Shown here: piece by piece, positions 38,933-51,407 of the stretch
Numbering within the stretch: the first letter of the stretch is position 1
Layout: every line of letters starts with the position of its first letter
Position numbers and translations under genes: made by a program
Assembly: GCF_006345805.1 (NCBI RefSeq)
Contig: NC_042999.1
Span: 63,426,001-63,490,000, forward strand
Length of the DNA: 64,000 nt
Source of the DNA: Octopus sinensis
Lineage: Eukaryota
Direction: 5' to 3'
The notes under the pieces: model-generated
The model's database searches: none
What the model was told of the DNA's origin: nothing
Seen by the model: only the letters and a program-made list of their open reading frames with translations

Positions 38933-39026
38933 CTAAAGGAATAAAAGATAAAATAAGCATAAATAAGCGGTTCAATAGTTATCAATGAAATAAGCATAAG
39001 GTGGAAATAAGTACTAATGATCAAGA

Positions 39027-39261
39027 TATATTTCTTTACTACCCACAAGGGGCTAAACACAGAAGGGACAAACAAGGACAGACAAACGGATTAAGTCGAT
39101 TATATCGACCCCAGTGCGCAACTGGTACTTATTTAATCGACCCCGAAAGGATGAAAGGCAAAGTCGACCTCGGTAGAATTTGAACTCAGAACGTAGCGAC
39201 AGACAAAATACTGTTGAGCATTTCGCCCGGCGTGCTAACGTTTCTGCCAGCTCGCCGACCT
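39027..39261 (-). mobile_element. SINE family B
   Basis: Reverse complement full-length copy. Confidence 0.85.
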
Positions 39262-39371
39262 TATAAGTACTAATGATCAATATACTCGACTTAAAAGTCT
39301 CGACGGTGGTACTCTAGCAAGACTAAACCAGTAAAAGAATAGAAAGAAGAAAAAACGAATATCCAGTGTAT

Positions 39372-39445
39372 GGATTCTATGGTGTAATTGGTTAGCACTC
39401 TGGACTCTAAATCTTGCATTCAGAGTTCGAATCTCAATAGATCTT
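39372..39445 (+). pseudogene. tRNA-Gln-derived pseudogene with CUA anticodon
   Basis: Aligns by eye to the metazoan tRNA-Gln(CUG) sequence (atggtgtaat.ggttagcactctggact); anticodon loop CT-CTA-AA at 39405-39411; mismatches in the acceptor, anticodon and T stems. Confidence 0.7.
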
Positions 39446-39864
39446 GATACCGTATTTTTTAGGTGCTGGAATGGTTGTTTGGTTAAGAGGATTGCTATGC
39501 AACCTCGTGCTTTCGAGTGTGACACCATGGGCAAACGTCTTCTACTATAGCCCCGGGTCAACCGATGCCTTCTGAGCGAATTCGGTTGACGAATACTGTA
39601 TAGAAGCCCGTCGTATTCATACATATATTATAAAAATAATAACCGGTGGTGGTGGTAGTAGATAGTGGCTGGCAGGCGTAGTGTTCCAATAATCAAAGTA
39701 GATAATTTATGCTTGAAAAAGAGAAATGATAAATCTAAGATATGATCCAGTAGGCATGTTATAAGCCTCACACAGTGAATAATAATTAATTTAGTTGAGG
39801 AAAAGAGAAGTCAATCCTAATATATATATGTATGTGTGTGTGGGGGGGGAGGGGGGTGTTTGTG

Positions 39865-39895
<31 letters not shown>

Positions 39896-39945
39896 TCGCC
39901 ATGATAGATCGCTAGCCACTACATATTTCTTATTTTATCTCCGTT

Positions 39946-39983
39946 TCTTTCTGTGGAAGAGCGTAGGCTCGAAACGTTAAAGA
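39946..39983 (+). ncRNA. Minimal hammerhead-like motif with non-canonical CUGUGGA core
   Basis: TCTTT-CTGTGGA-A-GAGC-gtag-GCTC-GAAA-CGT-T-AAAGA; second copy at 55290-55327(-). Confidence 0.55.
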
Positions 39984-40075
39984 CATTTTCACTCCCGAGC
40001 GTTAAACTAATACATCTGTTTGTTGTCCACACCACCTATCTTCGTCTTTTTTTTGTGAATTCTCCTTATATATAT

Positions 40076-40122
<47 letters not shown>

Positions 40123-40137
40123 TATGTGTGTGTGTGC

Positions 40138-40237
40138 NNNNNNNNNNNNNNNNNNNNNNNNNNNNNNNNNNNNNNNNNNNNNNNNNNNNNNNNNNNNNNN
40201 NNNNNNNNNNNNNNNNNNNNNNNNNNNNNNNNNNNNN
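40138..40237. other. Assembly gap (100 N)
   Basis: Directly visible. Confidence 1.
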
Positions 40238-40846
40238 TTCCAAACCATGTCTAGTAGCTTCCTTTGATGACGAGTATACACATCAATTGGATAGTTTCTC
40301 TTACACCTTGGTACCTTCGTATAGAGCGTGCAAAACTTTCTGTATAATTATCTGCTTTCACCAATAAGAACCGATTTTACTGATGAACAACACGGAATGG
40401 CTATACCAGAGATATACGGCTACAGTTAAAGTTGTGAAACCATCTGATGAAATACCAGATACTTTTACGTGTGTGTGAAAACTTTAAGCAATGTACAAAT
40501 GGATCATAAACTGTTTTCCTATAAATATATACTCTGTACGATGTATTGTGTACATTTTTCTTTTGTTTGGAGTGTGTGTACGAGTGTGTGCGTGCATATG
40601 CTAATAATAAATGCAATTACACGTACAGCTACAATGTTCAGTTTGTTCAGGTTTACACGGATGAGCAGTCTTGTGTGTTCTACCTGCATCTAAACATAAA
40701 AATCTTTCAAGAAAGCGACAGTGGAAGTAGCTATATATATATATATAATATTATATATATATAATTATTATATATATAAAATATATAATATAGATATATA
40801 TAACATTATATATATACACATATACATTTATATACATATATTATAC

Positions 40847-40894
<48 letters not shown>

Positions 40895-41022
40895 TATTTA
40901 TCCATACTATTATATATACACCTATACATATATATACATATATATCTATATATTTATCATACATATTATCTATATATATATAACTTATACATATATATGT
41001 TTATAATGCATATAATATATAT

Positions 41023-41072
<50 letters not shown>

Positions 41073-41465
41073 ATATATAATATGTATGTATGTATGTATA
41101 GAGATGTGTGTGTATGTGTGTGTATGTATATATAGCGAGAGAGAGGGGAGAGAAAGAGTTTCTATATGTATCTATGCGTGCAGAGAAAGAAAATAAAAAA
41201 TGATGGCTGATGTTGGCGTGTTGATGGAATTATCTGCAAAATCACTTATCTCAAAGTACATTTATTTTCTTTTTGCGAGACCGAAAGGTATCATCACCAG
41301 CAGCATCACCACCACAAGCGTCATACTTCTCAACTTCTCACCTTCCTCCTTATCGGCATCATCATCAATATTTATGTTGCTGCTTTTAGTGCTGCTGCTA
41401 CTGCTACTGCTACTGCTGCTTTTGCTGTTACTACTGCATGACTTTCTGTTTAACCGGTTTTGGCC

Positions 41466-41498
<33 letters not shown>

Positions 41499-41717
41499 AT
41501 CTATCTATCTATCTAGCTATATATATATATATATATATATGCACCCGTGCACCCATATAATTAGTGTATTATATATATATATATAATATATATATATATC
41601 TATATATATTATATATATATACCATATATAAATAGTATATGTATAAATATATATTATATGTATATGTATAAATATATATATGTATATGTATAAATATTAT
41701 ATATATATATATTTATG

Positions 41718-41748
<31 letters not shown>

Positions 41749-42253
41749 ATATATAATATATATATATGTATTTATTATATATATATATATATATATCTAT
41801 GTATGTATTATATCATATATATATATGTATATATATATATATAATATATATGTATGTATGTATATATATATGTATGTATAGATATATGTCTATATTATAT
41901 ATGATATATTTATTTATATATATATAATATATATATATCTATATATATAGTATAAATATATTATATTATGTAGTAATGAAGGGTGAAATTAATTAATTTG
42001 GAAAAATTATCAATTACACCAATAGTCTTCGGCATGTAAAAGCCTCATTCGAGGAAAATTTAAGTACTACATAACTAAGCAATAAGGGTTTAGCACACGT
42101 TGCCTTACCACATACCGAATTTAGAATAGCAGTCAAAGGGCTATAGCTATTTCTTCTACTAAAAAGGAGATCTCAGTAAAAACAGCATTTGGAAGGCACA
42201 AACAGGTAAGAGAGAATGAATTGACTGCAATCTATCATACATTTTTTTAGTTA

Positions 42254-42365
42254 TCCACGGACGTACGTTTCGAAATCAAGTTTTAAGGAAAGCATACGAA
42301 TTAATATTAAATATTAAATAATAATAATTCTATCTTACCGAAACTTCTTTTCTCTTCAGCGTAGA
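42254..42365 (-). ncRNA. Type I hammerhead ribozyme, array unit 1
   Basis: Minus strand TCTACG-CTGAAGA-GAAA...TTTC-GAAA-CGTACG-TC-CGTGGA; GUC cleavage triplet. Confidence 0.85.
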
Positions 42366-42849
42366 ATACTATAATCATAAATGATTATATATTGAATTTT
42401 GAGATACCAGAAGGCACCAACTCCACTCAGTATCAGAGCGAGCTAGAACCCGCAACTGGTATCACCGAATTCAATTTGTGAATGAAACGATTGTGTCAAC
42501 AGCCCCTTCCCCCGCGTGTAGCCAAAACAAGATGCTGTGGTCATCTACTGAGATAAAATATGGTTATCCGTAAAATGAAGGGTGAAATTAATTAATTTGG
42601 AAAAATTATCAATTACACCAAGTAGTCTTCGGCATGTAAAAGCCTCATTCGAGGAAAATTTAAGTAATACTAAGCAATAAGGTTTTAGCAACGAGTTGCC
42701 TTACCACATACCGAATTTAGAAATAGCATCAAAGGGTTATAGCTATTTCTCTACTAAAAAGGGAGATCTCAGTAAAAACAGCATTTGGAAGGCACAAACA
42801 GGTAAGAGAGAATGAATTGACTGCAATCTATCATACATTTTTTTAGTTA

Positions 42850-42962
42850 TCCACGGACGTACGTTTCGAAATCAAGTTTTAAGGAAAGCATACGAATTAA
42901 ATATTAAATATTAAATAATAATATTCTTCTTCTACCGAAACTTCTTTTCTCTTCAGCGTAGA
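42850..42962 (-). ncRNA. Type I hammerhead ribozyme, array unit 2
   Basis: Core and stems I and III identical to unit 1. Confidence 0.85.
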
Positions 42963-43450
42963 ATACTATAATCATAAATGATTATATATTGAATTTTGAG
43001 ATACCAGAAGGCACCAACTCCACTCAGTATCAGAGCGAGCTAGAACCGCAACTGGTATCACCGAATTCAATTTGTGAATGAAACGATTGTGTCAACAGCC
43101 CCTTCCCACCCGCGTGTAGCCAAAACAAGATGCTGTGGTCATCTACTGAGATAAAATATGGTTATCCGTAATAATGAAGGGTGAAATTAATTAATTTGGA
43201 AAAATTATCAATTACACCAAGTAGTCTTCGGCATGTAAAAGCCTCATTCGAGGAAAATTTAAGTAATACTAAGCAATAAGGGTTTAGCAACAAGTTGCCT
43301 TACCACATACCGAATTTAGAAATAGCAGTCAAAGGGCTATAGCTATTTCTTCTACTAAAAAGGGAGATCTCAGTAAAAACAGCATTTGGAAGGCACAAAC
43401 AGGTAAGAGAGAATGAATTGACTGCAATCTATCATACATTTTTTTAGTTA

Positions 43451-43562
43451 TCCACGGACGTACGTTTCGAAATCAAGTTTTAAGGAAAGCATACGAATTA
43501 ATATTAAATATTAATAATAAATAATTCTATCTTACCGAAACTTCTTTTCTCTTCAGCGTAGA
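43451..43562 (-). ncRNA. Type I hammerhead ribozyme, array unit 3
   Basis: Core and stems I and III identical to unit 1. Confidence 0.85.
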
Positions 43563-44048
43563 ATACTATAATCATAAATGATTATATATTGAATTTTGAG
43601 ATACCAGAAGGCACCAACTCCACTCAGTATCAGAGCGAGCTAGAACCCGCAACTGGTATCACCGAATTCAATTTGTGAATGAAACGATTGTGTCAACAGC
43701 CCCTTCCCACCCGCGTGTAGCCAAAACAAGATGCTGTGGTCATCTACTGAGATAAAATATGGTTATCCGTAATAATGAAGGGTGAAATTAATTAATTTGG
43801 AAAAATTATCAATTACACCAAGTAGTCTTCGGCATGTAAAAGCCTCATTCGAGAAAATTTAAGTAATACTAAGCAATAAGGGTTTAGCAACGAGTTGCCT
43901 ACCACATACCGAATTTAGAAATAGCAGTCAAAGGGTATAGCTATTTCTTCTACTAAAAAGGGAGATCTCAGTAAAAACAGCATTTGGAAGGCACAAACAG
44001 GTAAGAGAGAATGAATTGACTGCAATCTATCATACATTTTTTTAGTTA

Positions 44049-44159
44049 TCCACGGACGTACGTTTCGAAATCAAGTTTTAAGGAAGCATCGATTAAATAT
44101 TAAATATTAAATAATAAATAATTCTATCTTACCGAAACTTCTTTTCTCTTCAGCGTAGA
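44049..44159 (-). ncRNA. Type I hammerhead ribozyme, array unit 4
   Basis: Core and stems I and III identical to unit 1. Confidence 0.85.
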
Positions 44160-44644
44160 ATACTATAATCATAAATGATTATATATTGAATTTTGAGATA
44201 CCAGAAGGCACCAACTCCACTCAGTATCAGAGCGAGCTAGAACCCGCAACTGGTATCACCGAATTCAATTTGTGAATGAAACGATTGTGTCAACAGCCCC
44301 TTCCCACCCGCGTGTAGCCAAAACAAGATGCTGTGGTCATCTACTGAGATAAAATATGGTTATCCGTAATAATGAAGGGTGAAATTAATTAATTTGGAAA
44401 AATTATCAATTACACCAAGTAGTCTTCGGCATGTAAAAGCCTCATTCGAGGAAAATTTAAGTAATACTAAGCAATAAGGGTTTAGCAACAAGTTGCCTTA
44501 CCACACCGAATTTAGAAATAGCAGTCAAAGGGCTATAGCTATTTCTTCTACTAAAAAGGGAGATCTCAGTAAAAACAGCATTTGGAAGGCACAAACAGGT
44601 AAGAGAATGAATTGACTGCAATCTATCATACATTTTTTTAGTTA

Positions 44645-44753
44645 TCCACGGACGTACGTTTCGAAATCAAGTTTTAAAGGAAACATACGATTAATATTAA
44701 TATTAAATAATAATATTCTATCTTACCGAAACTTCTTTTCTCTTCAGCGTAGA
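44645..44753 (-). ncRNA. Type I hammerhead ribozyme, array unit 5
   Basis: Core and stems I and III identical to unit 1. Confidence 0.85.
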
Positions 44754-44867
44754 ATACTATAATCATAAATGATTATATATTGAATTTTGAGATACCAGAA
44801 GGCACCAACTCCACTCAGTATCAGAGCGAGCTAGAACCCGCAACTGGTATCACCGAATTCAATTTGT

Positions 44868-45319
44868 TACACTCGGGTGGGAAGGGGCTGTTGACACAAT
44901 CGTTTCATTCACAAATTGAATTCGGTGATACCAGTTGCGGGTTCTAGCTCGCTCTGATACTGAGTGGAGTTGGTGCCTTCTGGTATCTCAAAATTCAATA
45001 TATAATCATTTATGATTATAGTATTCTACGCTGAAGAGAAAGAAGTTTCGGTAAGATAGAATTATTTATTATTTAATATTTAATATTTAATTCGTATGCT
45101 TTCCTTAAAACTTGATTTCGAAACGTACGTCCGTGGATAACTAAAAAAATGTATGATAGATTGCAGTCAATTCATTCTCTCTTACCTGTTTGTGCCTTCC
45201 AATGCTGTGTTTCTGAGATCTCCTTTTTAGTAGAAGAAATAGCTATAGCCCTTTGACTGCTATTTCTAAATTCGGTATGTGGTAAGGCAACTTGTTGCTA
45301 AACCCTTATTGCTTAGTAT
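44868..45319 (+). repeat. Inverted partial copy of the array unit (fold-back end)
   Basis: Reverse complement of the unit; forms ~405-bp palindromic arms with 44463-44867 around a 43-nt spacer. Confidence 0.9.
45025..45137 (+). ncRNA. Type I hammerhead ribozyme in the inverted copy
   Basis: TCTACG(45025) CTGAAGA(45031) ... GAAA(45120) CGTACG TC CGTGGA(45137). Confidence 0.85.
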
Positions 45320-45443
45320 ATGTATGTATGTATAATATATATATATATATATTATATATATATATGTATAAATATATATATAATATATATATGTATGCAT
45401 TATAAATATATTATATATATATATATATATATATGTAATATGT

Positions 45444-45481
<38 letters not shown>

Positions 45482-45487
45482 TTATAA

Positions 45488-45532
<45 letters not shown>

Positions 45533-45683
45533 GTATGCATTATAAATATATTATATATATATAATATATATATATATATATAATATTTATAATATATATA
45601 TGTATAAATATATATATATATATATATTATAATGTATATATATATATATATGTATGCATTATAAATATATATATATATATATA

Positions 45684-45716
<33 letters not shown>

Positions 45717-45773
45717 GTGTGGTGTGGTGTGTGTGTGTGTGTGTGTGTGTCTGTGTGTGTATATAAATAATAT

Positions 45774-45807
<34 letters not shown>

Positions 45808-46479
45808 ATGTTGCGGACGGATTGGAAGTGTATGCGCCTGCGTAGTATGTGTCTATATATGCAGGAATTAATCAAATGTCGTCAGTTGAATCGCTGTGTG
45901 CAGATGAACAGCTTACCTATTGAATTACATGCGCACGCTATTATATTAGTTTGATCAGAACTGTTAACAACGAGCCAACAACACGTACATTACATGCGAT
46001 GTATAAGCAACCATTTTAAGGCAACATTCCGAAAGCCAACTTGTTCAGCATATTCTACATTGATTTATTAACGGGCAGAATGATGGTTTTAAAAAAATCC
46101 TTATTTGTACGTATGACAGCGTATGGATTCTGATTTGAAAACTGCCATTGTAACCATAGAGTAGCATTGCTCTTTATGCCCTTGGTAGCCGATAAAAAAT
46201 AAACTCCAACGAAATACTAGTGTCTACCTAATGAAACGTCTCGCCATGCTCCTTCTTTAGTATATCAGTCCAGTTTCTGAAGTAGAAGAGAACGCATTGA
46301 TTTTGATATTTCTACATCGCTTCTACGACTCCAGTAAATATGTATGACCTAGTGAGGACAGTTCTGCTGTACGAATGTGAATAATAGCGAGTCACAAAGT
46401 TCTCCATCGACAAATTCCTACCATTTGTAAATAGATGTCTTCGGAAATATCCTTCGGGTGAGGTGGTAACATACTCAAA

Positions 46480-46775
46480 CAAAATCTTGTAGGAACAGGT
46501 GATCCAGAAACTTATCGATCAAGAGGAGGAAATAGAGCTGACAGGGAAACACTCTACGGAAACCTGTTTCCAACGAGGCAAGCCCTTTGATTGAACCTCT
46601 AAGGGAGACACAAGTATGGCAGACAAAAACAAAAGTGGAGAACTCCACTGAAACTAAGGTAATGACAGGCGTCTTCACCTGGGAAGAACTGTAGCCCATT
46701 GCCAAAGATAGACAGATGGGTGTTTTTTTGTGCCCTATGCTCCACAAGGAGTTAAAAGATTAAGAACACATAGCA
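46480..46775 (+). mobile_element. Degraded RTE-like LINE 3' end
   Basis: ...FTWEEL*PIAKDRQ...CALCSTRS*, resembling RTE C-termini. Confidence 0.5.
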
Positions 46776-47344
46776 AAATAAAAAAAAAATTGGTTATTCT
46801 TGGCTGAGGCCTACAACATCAGCAAATACATCGTTAATTCACTAACAAATAGGCTAACCTAGAATCGAAACTCATATTTGTGGCCCATTGACCAAAGTCC
46901 ACGGCACATCTTGTAAAAATTAAAATAGGTATATTTTTGTTGTTATTTTCTGTACTAACCTATCAATACGAAAGTTTAGTTGATCTATTCTGAATTCATC
47001 AACCATACGGGATAGCTTGACTGTTTTTATCCTTCTGTTCGTGACTTGTCTTAGAAACAACGGCAAACACTATCATCATTGCCACAAAACAACAGCTGTC
47101 ACGCGACCTCAGCACCAATACCATCTCAGTTACTTATCAAGAAACTTCTGTCAGCAAAACACAACTTACCTTCCCACTGACACACACAGAGAGGGTGTTC
47201 GGGCTAAATCTGATGATTGTGATGTCTCTTTTTGCAGGAACAGTTTGATGTGTTGGTGAACAGTCAACGGCATTGGAAAGCCTAAAGATTAAAGTTGCAG
47301 TTGAGAAAACTCTAGCCGACATGGAGGACTAAAAGCCATCTGAA

Positions 47345-47800
47345 TATTGACACATGTGGTTGGGCATTGTCTTGTTGAAACACTACCATTTTCCTGTTGG
47401 CAATCTCCGGCCTCAGTTCTTCGATTTTTTGGTTCAAATTAACCAGCTGATGATAGTACACATCAGAATTAATGGTCTGATTTTGTGGGAGAAGCTCATA
47501 ATAAATAATACCTTTATGATCCCACCAAACACAAAGCATAGCATTTTTGGCATGGATATTCATCTTTGGTTGCTGTTTTGGGGTATTCTTACACAAACTC
47601 CAGGATATTTCTCGCACTACATTTTGAACACAATCCATTTTTTTCTCCGGTCACAAGTTGTTTCAAAAAGCATGCTTTCATTCTGTTTCAAAAGCATATC
47701 ACAGGGACCCATACATTGTAGCGAGAAATGTTTCCTTGTTTCACTAGGTGTTCATGATTTGCCCGAGGTGTCAAAATGCAAATATCATGACTGCTACTCA
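47345..47800 (-). mobile_element. mariner (DD34D) transposase catalytic fragment, nested
   Basis: MLCVWWDHKGIIYYELLPQNQTINSDVYYHQL...VVFQQDNAQPHVS. Confidence 0.85.
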
Positions 47801-47930
47801 ATGCTCTGTAAACACTGTAAAGGTTTTAAGACATGACATGAACAGCTGCAACGGAGACCACGGAGCCGTGGCCAGAAGAAACGAACATAGTAGTTCTGAT
47901 TGCATTGGCACGCTGGAATTCATCCTCACA

Positions 47931-48347
47931 TCTTTTCTTTTTATTTCTTTTACTTGTTTCAGTCATTTGACAGCGGCCATGCTGGAACACCGCCTTTAGT
48001 CGAATCAAATCAACCCCAGGACTTAGTATTCGTAAGCCTAGTACTTATTCTATCATTCTCTTTTGCCGAACCGCTATGTTACGGGAACCTAAGCACACCA
48101 GCATCGGTTGTTAAGCAATGTTGGGGGGACGAACACAGATACACAACATATAGACACATATACATATATATATACATATATACGACAGGCTTCTTTCGGT
48201 TTCCATCTACCAAATCCACTCACAAGGCTTTGGTCGACCCGAGGCTATGGTAGAAGACACTTGCCCAAGGTGCCACGCAGTGGGACTGAATTCGGAACCA
48301 TGTGGTTGGTAAGCAAGCTACTTACCACACAGCCGCTCCTGCGCCTA
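47931..48347 (-). mobile_element. SINE family A, nested in the DD37D-like element
   Basis: Reverse complement full-length copy. Confidence 0.85.
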
Positions 48348-50053
48348 TATCTGTGAACAGGGCTTTAGGATCAACTTAGACAGCTACATGAGGCTGCTGG
48401 AGACTATGGTCAATGCCTGGCAAGAGAGGGTTGTTGCTAGAAGGCCATGTGTGTGGTAGCAGATTCAGTTCTTTGCCATACCTTTGGAAAGAGTCAGTTG
48501 TTGGAGAATTTCCACAACCTCACCAGCCCCAATTTCTGGTCTCCTAATGCCCCCGACTGTAATCCCATGGATTACAATGGGAAGAATGTGGAACACAGTT
48601 GAGAAAGACATCAACAGCTCTCCCTGCAACACCAAGGCCGAGCTGGTGGCCAAAATGAAGGAAATGTTCGAAGATCTTCTCAGGGACACAGTCAAGAACG
48701 CATGCGCCAGGTTTCGGAGCCGTCTTGAGGCCGTGGTAGAAGCTACGTTGAATAAACTGTTATCCCTCAGTCACAATTTAGTTTATGTTTTTTTCAATTT
48801 TTTAAAAATACTTTTACTTTTGGATGGGATATTGTCTTTGTTTTGTTTTTTGTTTTTGTTTGTTTTTCTTAAATGCAAACTGTCAAATTTAGCCCGAACA
48901 CCTTTTAACTATGGAGAAACGTCACCGATATTGTGACGTCATAAGCACAATACAGAAAAAAATTCTTTGGATTAGACAAATGCTTCTTAACTCAATTTCA
49001 CCACACACACACACACACACACACATACACACACATATACACACACACACACACACAATTGAACACAAACATTTTTCCCTACTCACACATAAATATTCAC
49101 TGTAGACCTTTGTCTGTCAGAAATAATTTGTTGCAGTTCGCCAGTCGACAATCTTTCTGGGATAGGTACAATCCTAGCTACATTTGAAGTGTTTAAGAGA
49201 ATACAATATTTCTATATCTCAAGGAAGAACCTTAAATTAGGAAACTGATCACTTCTCTTCTGCCAACAGCATACAAACCCAAACGCTCACACTGGATGCC
49301 CAAACGTTTGAATTAATAACTTAAAAGTTATCATTGATAAACCCTGACGCAGATGGCACTAAGATTTCAACTCATCGCCACAAATAAACATAAACGTTTA
49401 CATAAATAAAAAAATAAATGCGCCCTTTTAAAGCCTAGCCAGGCTCATGGGCCCGGTTTCCCGGTTTCAATGGCGTATGTGTTCCCCAGCTGGACGGGAC
49501 GCGAGTCCATCGCAGCGTCCTCGTGAATTATGTGAGCCCTGAACTTCAGCGTCGTTAATTAATACCCAAATCCATCACAGCCATGGTCCTAGTTATAAGT
49601 TACGTATATGCATTAATGTGATAACATCCTTTCTTCCAATCCCATGTTAGATACAATATAAACAGACCCCCACGCATGTATATTTTGATTGCCTGCAAGA
49701 GGCTAAATTTTCAGTTCTACGTAATGATAAGTAGAGTTACAGAGCCTATATAAACGTTCATTCTTTCCTTCCTACATAGAGTAATTACATAAATTGGTTT
49801 CACTTGATTCATAGATGAAAACAAAAAAAAAAGGAACAAAATTAATTTTAGTTCTGATACAGTATGACGAACTATAAGAGGGGAGCGCGATGAGTGAATC
49901 ATTCTAACTACGTAACTAATACTTATTTTTGCCGAATGTCCATGGGAAGAGAGTTAAATGGAAACTTGACCTCAGACGAAATCTAAATCAAAACATAAAG
50001 GGATGGAACTAAACACTGTAAGTTATTGTCCTGTACTCTACTGTTTCGGCCAA

Positions 50054-50220
50054 TTCCTTGATACCATTGCACAGCCACAATTTGTCTGTAATGGAAATTC
50101 CTGCTTACGTCAATATATTTGATGTGATATACATACACGGAATTGAGTAATATATAATAGTTCCAGGAAATAAACCAAGGAATTACAAACGTTGGAAATC
50201 TGGCAACGAGCTATATATAT

Positions 50221-50277
<57 letters not shown>

Positions 50278-50703
50278 TATATATATATATATATATATGA
50301 AACATATTGCATAATATGATACAAAGCCAATTCTCTAAGGATATCGAATTACACGTAAAGCTAACGATACAATCATACCAGAAGCTGATAGTTATGAAAA
50401 TGAAGTCATAGATAACAAAAGATGGATAAACCCCTCGAAGGGTGGAAAATACAGTCGTCCCTTGTGGGGCCTGGAACTCAGAATGTAGGACAAAACTAAA
50501 TATTATAAGACATTTACACCAACATTTTAACTCTAGTCTTAAAATTTCTAAGAGCGCTACGCAATTCCAATAATTTATTTACCAATAAGCAATCTATTGC
50601 AATCGCATCGCGCTCTTCGTTGTTACGTTCTGTCATCCATCTGATATCGATCAAATAAAGTACGTCAAACACTGGGCAAGAAAGAAAGAAAGAAAGAAAG
50701 AAA

Positions 50704-50738
<35 letters not shown>

Positions 50739-50962
50739 GAAGAAAGAAAAATAGAAAGAAAGAAAGATAGAAAGACAGAAAGGAAGAAAGGAAGGAAAAA
50801 GAAAGAAAGAAAAAGAAGGAAATAAAGAAAGAAAAAAGAAAAGTTAGTTGGTAAGTTGGTAGGTAAATAGATAGACAAAAGACAGACAGACAGCTAGACA
50901 GATATATAGATAGGCAGACAGGAAGGCAAACAGGCAAAAGGCAGACATACTGACAGACAGAC

Positions 50963-51005
<43 letters not shown>

Positions 51006-51084
51006 ACAGACAGACAGACAGACAGACAGATAAACAGACAGAAAGCAAGAAGACAGGCAGACAGACAGCAAGAAGACAGGTAGG

Positions 51085-51162
<78 letters not shown>

Positions 51163-51210
51163 TACTAGATAGTATAGATAAGGTAGGTAGGTAGGTAGGT
51201 AGGTAGGTAG

Positions 51211-51249
<39 letters not shown>

Positions 51250-51269
51250 TTAGATAGATAGATAGATAT

Positions 51270-51328
<59 letters not shown>

Positions 51329-51357
51329 TATAGGTAGGTGGTAGGTTAGTAGGTAGG

Positions 51358-51407
<50 letters not shown>

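Larger units (their letters stand above)
41974..44867 (-). repeat. Head-to-tail tandem array, ~600-bp unit x ~4.8, each unit with a hammerhead ribozyme
   Basis: Unit starts near 41974, 42573, 43172, 43773 and 44370; units differ mostly by single-base indels. Confidence 0.95.
47192..48902 (+). mobile_element. Tc1/mariner (DD37D/maT-like) element with two nested insertions
   Basis: Inverted termini gggtgttcgggctaaat (47192) / atttagcccgaacacc (~48902); transposase pieces ...HDMNSCNGDHGAVARRNEHS... and ...FWSPNAPDCNPMDY...ACARFRSRLEAVVEA. Confidence 0.75.

Noticed and set aside
40375-40460. CTGATGA-ACAAC...GTTGT-GAAA
   Set aside because: Good stem II but no convincing stem III/NUH or stem I; may be a decayed hammerhead.
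42010-42065. Second hammerhead-like motif in each array unit (minus strand CGAATGA-GGC...GCC-GAAG)
   Set aside because: Two core mismatches plus GAAG, and no stem I partner found.
41974-45319. Array as CRISPR, rDNA or a protein-coding repeat
   Set aside because: Whole-unit repetition without unique spacers, no rRNA similarity recognised, no long ORF. The GT...AG intron-like signals on the + strand do not yield a coding product.
47137-47322. Strong AAG|GTAAGT donor as first exon of the EF-hand gene
   Set aside because: The upstream sequence is the terminus of a Tc1/mariner element, and the frame and phase do not fit.
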